Of a stretch of 64,000 bases of DNA, positions 38,064 to 51,600 are shown in pieces. Each line of letters opens with the position of its first letter. The first letter of the stretch is position 1. Where the stretch lies: contig JBHGNT010000031.1 of the NCBI GenBank assembly GCA_043228905.1, positions 62,001-126,000 of the forward strand, read 5' to 3'. The notes under the pieces were generated by a model. The model was not told where the DNA came from. It worked only from the letters and a program-made list of their open reading frames with translations, and did no database searches. This DNA is from Azolla caroliniana. Its lineage: Eukaryota > Plantae > Polypodiophyta. The position numbers were made by a program, and so were the translations under genes.

Positions 38064-40772
38064 CTAGTCACATATAGTTCCCATTCCACATGTGAAATCA
38101 TGCAACCCTGCTTCTACATACATATTTGATAGCAATACATAAAATGAAGGCTGCTTGGACAGAAGACTCTCAGCACGATTGAGCACCTCTTTAGCAAGAT
38201 CAAGATTGCCATGTATTCGACATGCTGCTAGCACGCACAACCAAACAGTGGTATTTGCATGCATCGGCATCCTCTCTATCATATTCTCAACCCTCCTAAA
38301 GTCTCCAACCCTTCCAAGAAGGTCAGCCATGATGCAATAATGCATAACATTCGGAGTTATACCATACTCTCTCCACATAGATTCGAAGCACTTGATAGCT
38401 TCTCTCACAAGGCCAGTATGACAGCAAAGAATGAGGATTGATGTGAATGTCACTCCATCAAGTTCAACAACTTCCTGCCTTAAAATCTCAAAGCTATGTG
38501 CTTCCACTGAATAACAAGCATTACATGTGAGGAATGCATTCCAAATCACCATATCAGGGTCTGACATCTCATTCAAGACTGCTTGGGCATCTTCCATTCT
38601 TGCACAACTCCCATATGTACGAATTAGGGTTGCAACCACAGAGTGGATCCGCTCACAACCAGAGGATATGAGATGAAAATGGGTAATTTGACACATTCTT
38701 AGGCATCCTGTTTCACTGCATGATTGTAACACACGAATAAGAGTAAGTTCATCAAGAATGGCAGACTGTTTCTGCATATATTGGTACAATTCCAGAGCCT
38801 TTTCTCCTTGTTTGTGCTCAGTATAAATGTTAAGCATTGCATTCCATGCTCTGAGACTAGGTTGAGGTAGCGAATCTAACACATACTCTGCTTCTAAAAC
38901 TGATCCACATCTGCCATACATACTCATGAGGGCACTGCATACAGAACCATCTGATGCAAAGCCTTGCTTGCATATGTCAGAATGTAAGGTATGTCCTATA
39001 TTGAGATTGATGTCATTGTTTGTCTTTTCCTTGAGCATGCTACAGGCAAGAAGAACAGCAACATATGTTATCCGATCTTGACTGACTCCCTGCATTTGCA
39101 TATGTGCATACAGTTGTAAAGCCTGTACCCTTTTCTCTTGTTCGACATATTCCAAGAGCAACGCATTCCAGGATACAGTATCATGATGGGACAATGCATT
39201 AAATGCATCCTCAGCTTCTACAAGGGCACCACACTTTCCGTACATACTGATGAGAGAATTGCCAAGAAATACATCTTTGATAAACCTTTTCTTGCGAACC
39301 AATGAATGTAATCCTTGCCCAATTTCAAGGGCGATTCGTTTGCTTGATTGTCTCTGAGAACAAGAAAGTTCCACTTGTTCTGCAAGAGAAGCACACGCTT
39401 GTAATGCAAACATGAAACTGTATGCATCAAGAGTTACACCTTCATAATGCATTTGCCTGTACAGCAACAAAGCTTTTGTGGCTTCACCATTTTCCACATA
39501 CACACAGAGCATCGATGTCCATAGAACAATGTCGTGTTGAGATGATGCATAAAATGCCTCTTCTGCTTCCCTCACAGCTCCACATTTTCCATACATGGAT
39601 ACCAGAGTATTGGCAACGAGGAGGAAGGATGCAAAACCCTCCCGACAAGTATCAACATGCAACGCATTCCCGATCTCTAACGAAATCTTCTTGATTGACC
39701 TCCCTTCCGTATCCAACGCTTTCTCCGCCTCTGCATGCACGGCGCATGCTTGAAGAACAAATACAAAGGTGCGCTTGTCTGGATGGATGCCCCTTGTTTG
39801 CATCCATTTGTAGAACTGTAAAGCCATATCTACTTGCATTTCTTCAAGATAGGCAGATAGCACCACATTACATGCCACAACATCGATCTTTGGCAATGCA
39901 CAGAATACGCACTCAAGTTCCGACATAGATCCTGCCTTTTTGTACATATTTAAAAGTGAACTACTCACAAATAGGGTGGATTCAAGATTCTTCTTGCATA
40001 TGTCAGAATGCAGCGCCTGTCCGACTTCAAGCCAATCATCTTTACTCAATGAGTTACCATCATATACAACACCATCTTCCATTAAAGCACCACATACTTG
40101 GACAATAATAACAAATGTGACCTCGTTTACATCTACGTTGTCCTGTTCCTGCAACTGTCTATACAATTTTAGCGCCTTTACACATTCCCCTGTTTCTCGG
40201 TATCCCGAAAGCATCGCATTCCAAGACACTATATCATGTCCTGGAGTCGTGCCAAACACCTCCTCTGCTTCCACAATGGCCCTGCACTTAGTATACAGAC
40301 CAATGAGAGAGCTACTCAAGAAAACATCAGAAGTCATCATTCCTCCCATATGAAGAGCCTCAGCATGCAACCTCTTACCTTGCTGGACGTCTTGCGTGAG
40401 CGCGCAAGCTCTAACTAGAGGCACAAAGGTGTGAGAGTTTGGTGCAATCCCTTGTGATTGCATCTGCAGGTACATAGTTTGGAGTGCATCAGGATCATGA
40501 AGAGACGAGGAAATGAGGGCATTCCATGAGAAGAGAGTGAGGGGATGAGGAAGATGATGAGCCATTGAAAGAGCATCTTCTCTGCAACCGCACCTTGCTA
40601 AGGTGACCACCACATAGTCTCCCAGGGAGGAGGAGGCATCCCATGAGACACCATGGAAGGTGAGATGGGCAAGAACTAATCTGGCTTGGGTAAGGGACCC
40701 CTGTTTGATGCAAGCCCTGAGCAGACAGAAGAAGTCGGTATGCTTGGATGATGGCATATTGCCATGGCCCAT
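38064..40772 (-). CDS. PLS-class pentatricopeptide repeat protein with an E domain and no DYW; probable organellar RNA editing factor, ~902 aa
   Basis: Single-exon ORF with repeated PPR motifs (DIVSWNAMLSGY, NTLVSMYGKCGAV, NSLISMYGKCGAL, DTVSWNALL). C-terminal S2/E1/E2-like ITPNVMHYCIMADLLGRVG...WLCVLAACRIHGNLDLA...YVLLSNMY. ATG at 40772 (the ORF track starts at GTG 40775). Confidence 0.93.
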   Translation of the reverse strand: MGHGNMPSSKHTDFFCLLRACIKQGSLTQARLVLAHLTFHGVSWDASSSLGDYVVVTLARCGCREDALSMAHHLPHPLTLFSWNALISSSLHDPDALQTMYLQMQSQGIAPNSHTFVPLVRACALTQDVQQGKRLHAEALHMGGMMTSDVFLSSSLIGLYTKCRAIVEAEEVFGTTPGHDIVSWNAMLSGYRETGECVKALKLYRQLQEQDNVDVNEVTFVIIVQVCGALMEDGVVYDGNSLSKDDWLEVGQALHSDICKKNLESTLFVSSSLLNMYKKAGSMSELECVFCALPKIDVVACNVVLSAYLEEMQVDMALQFYKWMQTRGIHPDKRTFVFVLQACAVHAEAEKALDTEGRSIKKISLEIGNALHVDTCREGFASFLLVANTLVSMYGKCGAVREAEEAFYASSQHDIVLWTSMLCVYVENGEATKALLLYRQMHYEGVTLDAYSFMFALQACASLAEQVELSCSQRQSSKRIALEIGQGLHSLVRKKRFIKDVFLGNSLISMYGKCGALVEAEDAFNALSHHDTVSWNALLLEYVEQEKRVQALQLYAHMQMQGVSQDRITYVAVLLACSMLKEKTNNDINLNIGHTLHSDICKQGFASDGSVCSALMSMYGRCGSVLEAEYVLDSLPQPSLRAWNAMLNIYTEHKQGEKALELYQYMQKQSAILDELTLIRVLQSCSETGCLRMCQITHFHLISSGCERIHSVVATLIRTYGSCARMEDAQAVLNEMSDPDMVIWNAFLTCNACYSVEAHSFEILRQEVVELDGVTFTSILILCCHTGLVREAIKCFESMWREYGITPNVMHYCIMADLLGRVGDFRRVENMIERMPMHANTTVWLCVLAACRIHGNLDLAKEVLNRAESLLSKQPSFYVLLSNMYVEAGLHDFTCGMGTICD

Positions 40773-40825
40773 CACTCCAACTCATTCATTGTCTGCTGCA
40801 TTCTGTTTTGGCCCCTGGGTCTTAC

Positions 40826-41023
40826 AGCAAACCGGTTTGTGAGCAGGTTTTGCCAAACCGATTTGCCTTCACCGGTTTGACCCTAAGCGGTTTGGTTCAG
40901 CTTGAGCCATCTCATAGCCGAGCTCAAACCAGTTAAGGAAACTCAGGCTTGAACCGAAAAAAACCGTTTAAAATTGGTTTAATGGCTCGATTCAGGCTTG
41001 AGCCGCACCGTTGCCAACTACTA
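40826..41023. mobile_element. Partial hAT-type MITE (one end) immediately upstream of the PPR gene
   Basis: AACCG/CGGTT-rich. Ends in AGGCTTGAGCCGCACCGTTGCCAACTACTA, closely similar to the right end of the 33017-35086 element (AGACTTGAGCCACACCGTTGCCGACTCCTA). Confidence 0.7.
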
Positions 41024-44000
41024 TTTGCACTATTACCATGAAATGTTTCTCCGGAAAGGCTAAACCAAAAGAAAAAACTTTAAAATGTTTCTACAACAAA
41101 TTCCGCTCGTTCTGAAGGTAGGGTCAATTCTATCCCTAGTAATATTAAAAACTTGAACAATGCTCAAATGGAAAAACTTTATGCAATTAACCTAACCCAA
41201 TTATAATATGTCGTGCTAAATATATATGTCTCTCTCTACTTCTTTTTAGACTCGATTTTATGGAAACTATGAATGGATTAATGTGATTTCATTTAAACCC
41301 CATGGTTTTCCGTTTTGCTTTTTCAAGCAAATATTCTGTTAAGCCAATTATATAAGGAGGATGATGCTAAACAAACAAATAAATCATTGGTGCTAGTTAC
41401 ATGTGGAATATGTATATATGTGTATGTGTATTATAAAGGGAAAGTATCATACATTCCCTTGCATATATACCCCCATAGCGTTTTCAATAATAGCAAAACT
41501 TTCTTGGTTCCAAAAAGTAGAAAAAATGAAGGAATATTTTCTTAAAGCTAGATCTTTCTAAAGCAGAAAAGTTATTTGTGCAGCATGTCGAGAATGGTTT
41601 GGAACTTCAAACAACTATAAGGAGAAATATTGGTGCTAAGATGTAAAGAGAACTAAACATGGGCTTGTGGGGCAGTGAAAAAACAAGCCTTGCACTATAG
41701 TGGACATGCCACGTGACCACAATGATATGGAGGTGGGTCCTAATGCTAGAGGCAAATGTTTTATTCTTGGTTTTTAGTTTTCATATTGTTAAAATCAAAG
41801 TGCATGGATTTATAAGACTCGGGAATCCTTTTCTATTTTTATGGTGTGACCCGTACGTAATCTTTAGAGTTTCTCATTGTCCAACAATTACAACAATGAA
41901 ACTCAAGACCATGTTGTAATAACATCGGATCATATTAGCAAAAATGCCATTTGCGCAACAAATTATCAAAGCGGAGGCTTGTACAATATGGCAACATACT
42001 ATAAGACGATGATCTAAGTTTGGAAATATTCACAAGTAGATTGTGTGTTTTTATCATGAATGGTGTTTAAAATTTCACAAAAGGTAAAATGTATGTGCTC
42101 AAACATCATATTTCAACTTATTTGTTTTCGAAAGATTGGGATATGCCAAGTTGGTGTGCTTTCTAACTTGCATTTTTGAAAAGGTGATTATCATGAAAGT
42201 TAAGAGTAAGGTTTTGCATTCACCAAGGGGAGGGGGGTGGGGAATACCAAAATTTTGATGATGTGATGCATGAAATGTTGACACTTTGTAGTAGTGTTGT
42301 TTTTTTATGGCCAATATCCAAGTTTTTGGCTTTTTTTTTTATGACAAAAACAAAATCAAACTCAAGTATACATAGTAACTTTATACACATCAATTATATA
42401 CAACATTATGTGATGAACTATTACCTTCTATAATATATGATAATTTTTACAAATGGTTGTTTTGCTCTTCTCTCGTGTTGCGTTGTTGTTATACTTCATC
42501 CGGATAAATACCTTTGATTCTTTATCTTCCCCTCTTTAACCTTACATGCTAGGTATTTGGAAATAATGATATTATACATAGTCATTTGTTATTTGATGCA
42601 AATGACTGAGAATAAGACTAGTCATAATGATGCCTCACTTAGATGGATCACCAGAAAGTTGTATTCAAATATGTCAACATTATGTTCAAAAGATGGATCA
42701 CCGCCAAGGTTCCCTGACGAGGCCCCTTTAATGCATCAAAATTATTTAGTCCATGTCATGATGCCATTGATGATGTTGCAAGGGATTCAAGTGCAAAAAG
42801 AGGGTCAATATTTCAATTTCTCAGTTACAACCAAGTTTTTTGATGTCAATGCATGCTCTCAACAAGTGTGTGATGCAAAGGCTTGTCAAGTGGAACTCAA
42901 TGGTTTTATTGATATGTCGTGTTTGAATTGTGAATGTTACACCATGGATGAAGCTTGGTGTATGTTTTTGTAAAATGAAGAATTGATATAATAGTTTATC
43001 AAATTTGATGAGATTGTGGCAAGCTATTTAGTTATACATAATACCATGTAGTATTGTTGCTTTTGAGAGAGGGTTCTCTAAGTGAAGTATCATTATAGAG
43101 ATGAAAAGAAACATACTAAGCATAGGGCATCTCGATGACCCATTGCAAGTATCATTGAATTATTTAGAAATTCATGATATGCAATTGGATCATGTGTTTC
43201 AAGTATGGGAATATGGAAAAGATCAAAGGGCTAATTAAATATTGCTTAATAAAGATGGAGAAACAATATTTTTTGAGTTCCATTGATTTGTGTCATGATA
43301 TTATAATTTCAAATACTTCTAGAGATTTGTTATGGAAAACTGATTGGAGACCTTATCATTTCAGAAGTTCCGTTGTATTTTTAAATCAATGCTACAAAAT
43401 CCATAAACTATCAAGTTTCAATACTTCTATAGTTATTGGGATAATGCCAAAACTCTTCAATTATTAACCTAAAAGTAGTGGTTTGTACTCAGACGACGCT
43501 AGAATAAATACAACGGCATCACGGACAGATATGAAGGAGCCGAAAGAAAACACTTACTCTTCATCCAGCAATGGTTGTCCTCTCCCTTTCTTGAATCAAT
43601 GGGCCTCCACATAAGATGGAACCATTGAGCCCCTTTTGTGGTATGTATATAACAGCCCACCCGATTCACGGATGTAAACTTTTATAACTAACGCAAGGAG
43701 TTTTCTTTTTTGGAAAAAAAAATGTTAAAGTCATCCTTGTTAACCTCTCCAACTTCATAAGTCAAATGTACCAACTCTCACTTCTTAGGCACATATATTT
43801 GGCCTCTACTTATGCATGAGATTAAACTTACGAAAAACACACGAGCCACATGTGGCGACAATTATACACCAATAGAGGAGATTATATGACAAAACTTTTT
43901 TTAGATGTCAATTGTCGTGTTTTTAGTGTCCTTGATGACCTTAAAAAATAATTGACATTTGTCCTTTAACGTGTAGTGTGAGGATTCAAAAGGGTTTCCC

Positions 44001-44061
44001 ACAAAGTATGTTCAATAGGGTTGTATTATTAAAACTAAAACTAGGGCAAATGATCAAAATG

Positions 44062-45501
44062 TCATAATTCCAAAATGCCACTCTCGTATATAAAATTTCT
44101 ACCCTACAAACTTTTCAAAACCTACTCACTTATGTTTGAATATTTAAATTCTAATTATCAATAACATGAGACAATAAGCATTGATAAATGTTGAAAATTC
44201 TCAACCCTCTATTCTTTATTCTTCACGTCTTGTCGCCTCATGTGGAAATGCCTTTTCATATATTTTTCATCAAATCATGGTTCACTCCATTATCACCCTT
44301 ATGTGAAGCCACCTCATGTGTTACTAAAACTATGCAACTACAGTATGTTCAGAATCGATTCAACATACTTTGTGGGTAGAAATTATTGTGAATCCTCATA
44401 CTACACATTAAAGGACAATTCATGTGTTACTAAAATTATGCAACTCCAATTCAGAATCGATTGAACATTACTTGTGATCCTGCACGTACGCAAATATGAT
44501 TTGGGGAAGAATTATACGCAATCTAGTGGCTAGCGGCATGGAAGGCTCGATTTCGTTTGGTTATGTTATATGGTGGTCTCTACAAAAGAATGCATGAATG
44601 TGTGGTGCAGAGGTTTCCTCCTTAGCCCTCATAATGCACAGAACCCATTGAACATGGACAATGCTTGGATGTACGCAAAGTTGGGGATCACAAAATCTGT
44701 AGAAAGCATGGTCAACTTTGGCATCAATCGGTATGTGGAACATTTGGAAATATAGATGTCTCAAATGATACTCAATGGAAACACACACAATTGCAGATGC
44801 CATCACAGATATATTGACTGTTCTAGTGGTATCCTTGCATGCACAATTTGAGAACCTACAGGGAGATTCAAAGTCTCAAGAGTTGGCACAAGCACAATTT
44901 ATCTCACTTTGGGAAACCACGCCATTGGTGAACTTCACATTAGGACATTCGAAATGGTGCTTCTTGCCCCTTCATTGGCTTTACCCCACCTAGCCAACAA
45001 ATCACCCATATCAATGTCTAATTGCATTTAAAAGCTTGGTACTTGTGTCTTGAGGCTTCTTGAAAAATAACAAGTTTTGTCAAGCAGACGTTTGCTGTTA
45101 TGTGGACAACGATTGCCTCACCTTTTTTTTATATAAGGTGTCACACAACGATAGCCAAATATATATGAAAGCAACCTGTAAATAGTTGAGTATCTATATA
45201 TACTTTGAGTGTACATAGACTGATTTGTATATACAATTCACCTAACTAATGGGAAGCAAAAAATAAATAGTTCTAGGTTATCATAATTCCAAAATGCCAC
45301 TCTCGTACATAAAATTCCACCCCACAAACTTTTCAAAACGTACTCACTTTATGCTTGATATATAAATCCTAATTATCAATAACATGGAAGATAAGAATTG
45401 ATAAGTGTCGAAAAGTCTCAACCCTTTATTCCTCACGTCTTGTCGCCTCATGTGGAAATGCCTTTTCATATGTTTTTCATCAAATCATGGTTCGCTCCAT
45501 T
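44062..45501. repeat. Direct repeat of ~220-230 bp (44062-44291 and 45281-45501) flanking an L1-like 3' fragment
   Basis: TCATAATTCCAAAATGCCACTCTCGTA...CACGTCTTGTCGCCTCATGTGGAAATGCCTTTTCATA...CAAATCATGGTTC.CTCCATT occurs twice. The intervening DNA encodes GMWNIWKYRC, an L1 ORF2 C-terminal-like motif. Confidence 0.8.
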
Positions 45502-48500
45502 GTTCATAACAAGGAAATAGTGTAACTAGATTTTTGCATTATGTATTGTTGTTGAAACAAGCACCCACTAAGGAGTTTTCGAATAACATTTTTTAAACAA
45601 ACTTGATGTATAATTATTGGACTTATAAATTGTGAAAGTTGAACCATTGACTTGTTAAATAGTACTATGATCCCCCTTTCATATTTGTTACGTATGTTTT
45701 AATTAATTCAATGTTAAAACGATAAGATATTAGTTGTTTGAGTGAGTCAAGTATTGTAGTTCCAACCAATTATGCATGTAAAAGTCTACATGAACACAAA
45801 TGTATATGTGATGACCAGATGAAAACATATATATGTCAAAGTGGATAAATCATAGTGAAAATACCATATGCTAAAAATTGGGTTCATTTTTGTTATCACC
45901 ATAAATAGTTAAATACCTTTTTGGTTGAGAGTCGAGACCACAAAAATGTTGGATCCTATTACAAATAGAATATTTATATAAGAGTTCTCTATATGCTATT
46001 GAATTGCATAACTGGTTTGTTAAATATTTGTGTGCATTGAACAAGCTCATTTAGGGTAATTTGAAGACCTAACCAAAAATATTAGTATTCCCAGAGATTT
46101 TATTTTATTTGCCCTGCTCAACTTGATGCTTATGTGATGAAACCATGAACACCCAACGAATGTGATTGTGGGACATGGATAAACCCTAGACTCATGGTAG
46201 CATTACAATTGATAGGGATTTATGTGCATCATGGTTGGGGTTTCAATCCTCACTTTGCTATTGATACATTATGAATATAAACAATTAGTTATAAAATATT
46301 TGGTTTTAACTTAGGATCCACCTCCATGCCCATGACATGTGGTATGTTCGACCATAGGGCCAGGTCTTTTGTAATTGTTGAAGTTGTCACATATCTAATG
46401 TTTGTACTTGTGTCATATTGTTTATTTCTATCATATATGCCTAACTAAATGTTTCGCATATTCAACTATAGCACATGACATATCATAACTTCATGTGCAT
46501 GCATGAATGGGCTTCACTTGCACAACTATTCCCATGGAATGTCAATTCATTTACTATTCCTTTCATTACATTCATATGGATTTTTAGTATAATACGGCAA
46601 GGGATTGAGGATTGACATGTCAAAACAATTCTACTCCATTAGACTACATCTATGTCTAAAACTTTAAAATCTAGAACTCAACTTGGAAGAGAAAAATGTA
46701 TCAACCATGTTGTTTTAATGTAAGATGACTTGAAAAGTAGATGAGATTCACCTCCCAACTAGAGACATTCTAACATGCTCATGCCGACAACTCAACTAAG
46801 CCTAGCCTTTATCGATCCTCGACTATATTTAGGTTATTACCAATATTGCAAAGGTCATTCTCAATCCCTAGGCTACTAAACATGCTCTAGCCAACTACCA
46901 AGAACATTGTTGTTGCAAAATCTTTACATGCATGCCTAAGATACACATGTAACAACCACTTCATCATTGATAAAGGCACATTGTATAGCTTATATAGCTA
47001 TATAATATTAGAGTAGGTGTAATAGCTTAACAAATCTACATACATTACTCATCTACCTTGTGTACTACTATTGGAACCTCTATACAAACACCCTAAAGAT
47101 TTACTCCTATAACAACTATGTCTTCGTTGGTAAGAATCAATTTTAACTTTTAATAGCTTAAAACATTATTATGGAACGGCAAAATACCCATATATTCATG
47201 TTTACATCCCCAAATGCCCTAGAATTGTTTTCACTTAAGCGGTTTGATTGGAGAAGGCCCACCTACAACGTTGCTTCCAAATAGTCCATAGTATTATTGG
47301 GCTAATAAATTACATCACGGCTTGATCATTGGCATTGATGTGGGTTCAGTGAACATTGCAGGTGGTGAGAAACGAAATCTCTTGTGCCTTTACCACCAAC
47401 GTTAATCTCTCCTCATAATGTTTGTATCTATCAATTGGGGCTTGTCAAGATAACCAACATCACCGTTTGATTGAGCCTTACACCTTGCATAATTGTAGTA
47501 TTCGGCCAACCTCCCTCCATATTTAATGAGTCTCTTGGAAATCCCATAGAGCGTGTCAGATTGATTCTATTTCATTGGGGCACACCACACACCCTGTCTA
47601 AGTTCACTCCTCCATTGTTGCCACTATTCAGTCCTGGATTGCTGCAACAGTTCGGTCCAACTGATTTAGCTCCTCCATTGCGGCCATTATACACTCAATT
47701 GTCGCCACAGTCTGATCCTCTATTGTTGCCACTGTTCACTCCTCAATTGTTGCCACAGTTCGTTACATGGTACACCGATGATTTTACTTGCATTGGGTGT
47801 CAGTATTGTTGTTAGCCACTTGCAGCTTCTAAAACCTCCACTTTCAAACACTTAGCCGCCAATGTTCGCACCTCTATTGCTAGCTAGTCATTGCATCTAC
47901 ATCTTTGTTTATTAATTATCTTCTGTATAATCTTGTGTATTGAAGAATAATTTTGTGTCTTGATGTTGCAAATAGCCATCATTGCCACCATAGTTGTACA
48001 CTTGCCACCATTGTTCCCAATCGTGGTTGCAATCATCAACGTCTCAGTAGCGTTCACTTTGCCGCGACAAACACTCACTTACCGCCAATGTGTGCTCTGG
48101 CAAACGGTGGGATCGCTCCTATCAATAACCGGTTTGCATGTGGTATAGTCATTTACATCTTGTTTTTTTTTTCAATTTACTAATGAAGATGTCAAGCCAG
48201 ATAGAAGGGGAAGGAGAGTGTTTATCAACAACCCTCATGGATCATTAGGATAGGGATCAGGCTATTAGTACACAACAAGTGATACGAAACTATTGGGCAG
48301 AAAAAAAAGGAAACATCGTCAAATGTTAAAGGACAAGAAAGACCCATAAACTAAAGTGTTGCCATGCTTTGATCAACGGTGACCTATGCATTAATAGCCA
48401 TTGAAAGGTGGTAATTCACCTAGCTTGACGTTGTTTCCATAAATGCTTCCAAAACTTGTCAATAATCGCAAGGGGAACATGATATGTGTGCCATAAGTTT

Positions 48501-48694
48501 GCAATGATTAGTTCTATGTTGGTTTGAGCAACTAGGATGTGGCAACCTAATCTAGTCATGAATTGGAAGAAGGGGATGAATTTGCTTCCTTGTCCCTCAT
48601 ATGGATCCCGACATGTCCATTGCAAAGGGTCCTAACTAACCTTACGTAGCCATGACATGTTTTTATGAACGCATATGTGCCACTCTGATTGTAC

Positions 48695-51600
48695 TGGAGA
48701 CCAAGAGGTCCTGGGTTCGACCCCCACATTCCACAAAGATGGCATCTTTAGTGAATTAAAAAGAGATATGTATTAAGTGTTGAATACGGGTTTCTAATGG
48801 ACGTATTCACATTGTCTCCTTTGTACACACTAGACTTAGGCTATTTATGTAAATAGTGAGAAGGGCAGTTGCCCTAAGTCAGTCAACTTATAAACGGACT
48901 TTGTAACCCAGTTAGTGTTGGTTGTTGTAAGTGGTAATGTACTCGTTACATTGTGCCTATCTGTTTCTCTCTCTCTCACGTACTATTTGTATTGTTTTGT
49001 CTTTGCTGGCATCAAAGTTACAATCCTGCATCCATTCTCGATCTTATCCTAGAAGAGTGTCGATCTTGTTCCGCATTAGATGACGGTGATCCCAACATCT
49101 GGTATCAGAGCCTGATATTGTTTGATTCTACTGCCGCCATCAATCTAACCTTCATTGGTAACTCTTCTCTTGTACACCTTGAAAATCTCGATTGGCAACT
49201 CCTCTTGAAATTACATTTGACGAAGAGAGACAACTGAAGGTCTGCACTCCACTGTTCGAAATCACCCTTGAAGTAAGGCAGTCGACTGTACTTCGACCCC
49301 GTGATTGTTGTCGATCGGAGTGAGACCTTTCTCTTGATCAGGCCACATCCGTGCCTCACTCAGTTAGGCAGAAATTGAATAGGTCATCTGACGCTATCTC
49401 CTCACTTGTCATAACCAATCGAAGCAAACACGACTCTAGGGGCAAGCCCAATCTGTGTTTTTCATTTGGTTGAATGATATTTGGGAGGACTAGTAGGCTC
49501 CGTCCCTCACATCATTGCAATTACCCGAAACAGGATCGGTCTGGAAAAATCGCACATAATCTGTGTTGGGAAATTTCAGAAAATCTACATTTGAAATCGA
49601 ACAATCAAATCCAAGTTCAATTTGACTAAGTTAGTTGATTGTAGTCACTCCGAACATGATTCATCTATATTCGAAACTGACACGACTTGTGTCCAACTCC
49701 AACTAGAACGATATCGAGTGAGCCTGCATGCTGCACTCCACCATAGTTCGTAGCTGACTCTGGACAAAGCCTACTCAACCAACATAGATGGCAACAACAT
49801 CCGACTGGTCAGAGATGAGTCTAAGGAAGTTCGACGGATCGAACTTCAACTTCTGGAAGGAGCAGATGCAAGACTATATAATAGTCAAGGGGCAAATTGA
49901 CCCCATTGAGAATGAAGACTCTCTAGAAGGATACAAGCCGCTCGAATGGGAAAAGCTCGACAGAATCATTCGAGCCATCATTCGGATGCACCTATCGGAG
50001 TCTATGTACTTCACGGTGCAATCGTATTCGACTGCCTTCCAACTGTGGAAGACAGTTTCGGACACTTGCGAAAAAAAGGTCGCCACCACCAAGATATACC
50101 TGATTCGGCGCCTTTATAACCTTCGGATGAAAGAGTCTGACTCGGTCCAGGAACATTTGGATGAGTACGAAAGCTTAAGCTCCCAAATTGCAGCTTAGGG
50201 GATGATTATCGAGGATGAACTAAAAGCAATGCTGCTTATGAGTAGTCTTCCTCCCTTGTAGGAAACTTTCGTAACAACTGTGTGCAACGTGTCGACCACA
50301 ACTGTTAAGTACTCCTCAGTCACGAGCGCAATCTGACTGAAGCAGCTCGGAGAAAATCGTTTGCGAACGATTCGGCCAATAATGCTTACGTATTACAAGG
50401 TTCGACCGACCGATCGAACAACTGTGGAAGAAGTTCTTCATGGCAGACGAACAACCGTGGAAGAAGTCCCGGGATAATCGAGTCTGCAACTACTGCAAGA
50501 AACCTGGACACATCAAAGCCGATTGTCGTGCACTCAAGGCCAGAAACACGAGGGAGCCGAGCAGAAGAATGGCCGACACGAGGAGATCAACTACATTGGC
50601 TCTTCGGCCGAAGTATTGATAAGCGACTTGAATATACTATCAATTGAGAACCCAGTCGAATTAGAAGTTTTGCTTACGACTGAAGAATCGAGCACGTGGC
50701 TCTTAGATTCGGGTGAGTCATTTCATGTGACTATTCATCTATCCCAATTTCGGCAATACACGGCCCGACATTCCAACTTAGTTCAGGTAGGAAATTCGCA
50801 ACATTGCGACATAATTGGAATCGGCATGGTAGAGCTCAACCTTGCACGTGGCTCTACATTAGTACTACGTAATGTCTGACACATACTTGAGCTCTCATGA
50901 CCACTGATCTCAGTCAGACAATTGGATGAAGATGGCATCCATGCTGGTTTCTCATTAGGAGGCTGGACTCTCCACAGAGGGAACCTACTGCTTGCTCGAG
51001 GATCGAAGATACACTCGTTGTATCCCTTGCACGTCACACTCAGAGAGGGTGACCTGTTTCTGGTGGACATCCCCGTGTCATCAGTATGGCATGGATGACT
51101 CAGACATCTTAGCAAGACCGACATCACGCACTTATCTAGAGCCAGATACATCCCCAAACTCTCCTTCTCAAATCATCAGTTCTGCGAGCATTGCCAATAC
51201 GGCAAGCAGATAGCCGTAACACATCCTTCATCTGCCCTGAGAGAATCGAATCCGGTCGATTTGGTCCACTCGGACGTATGTGGTCCTATGCCACATCAAT
51301 CCCTCGGCGGTGCTCTCTATTTAGTCAACTTCATTGACGGCTCGACTCGGAAGGTGTGGGCTTATCCGATCAAAACCAAAGATCGTGTTTTCTCGAACTT
51401 TTCCGATTGGCTCGCCATGGTTGATAATCAGTCCGGCCGAAAATTGAAAAGCTTTCAGTCCAATAACGGGGGAGAGTTCAAATCAGAGGAATTCGTCCAA
51501 TTTTGCTGACAACGTGGCATACGACGTGAATTTACGGCACCTCATAGTCCGGAGTAGAATGGAATTGCCGAGCGAATGAATCAAACAATTCAAGAACGGA

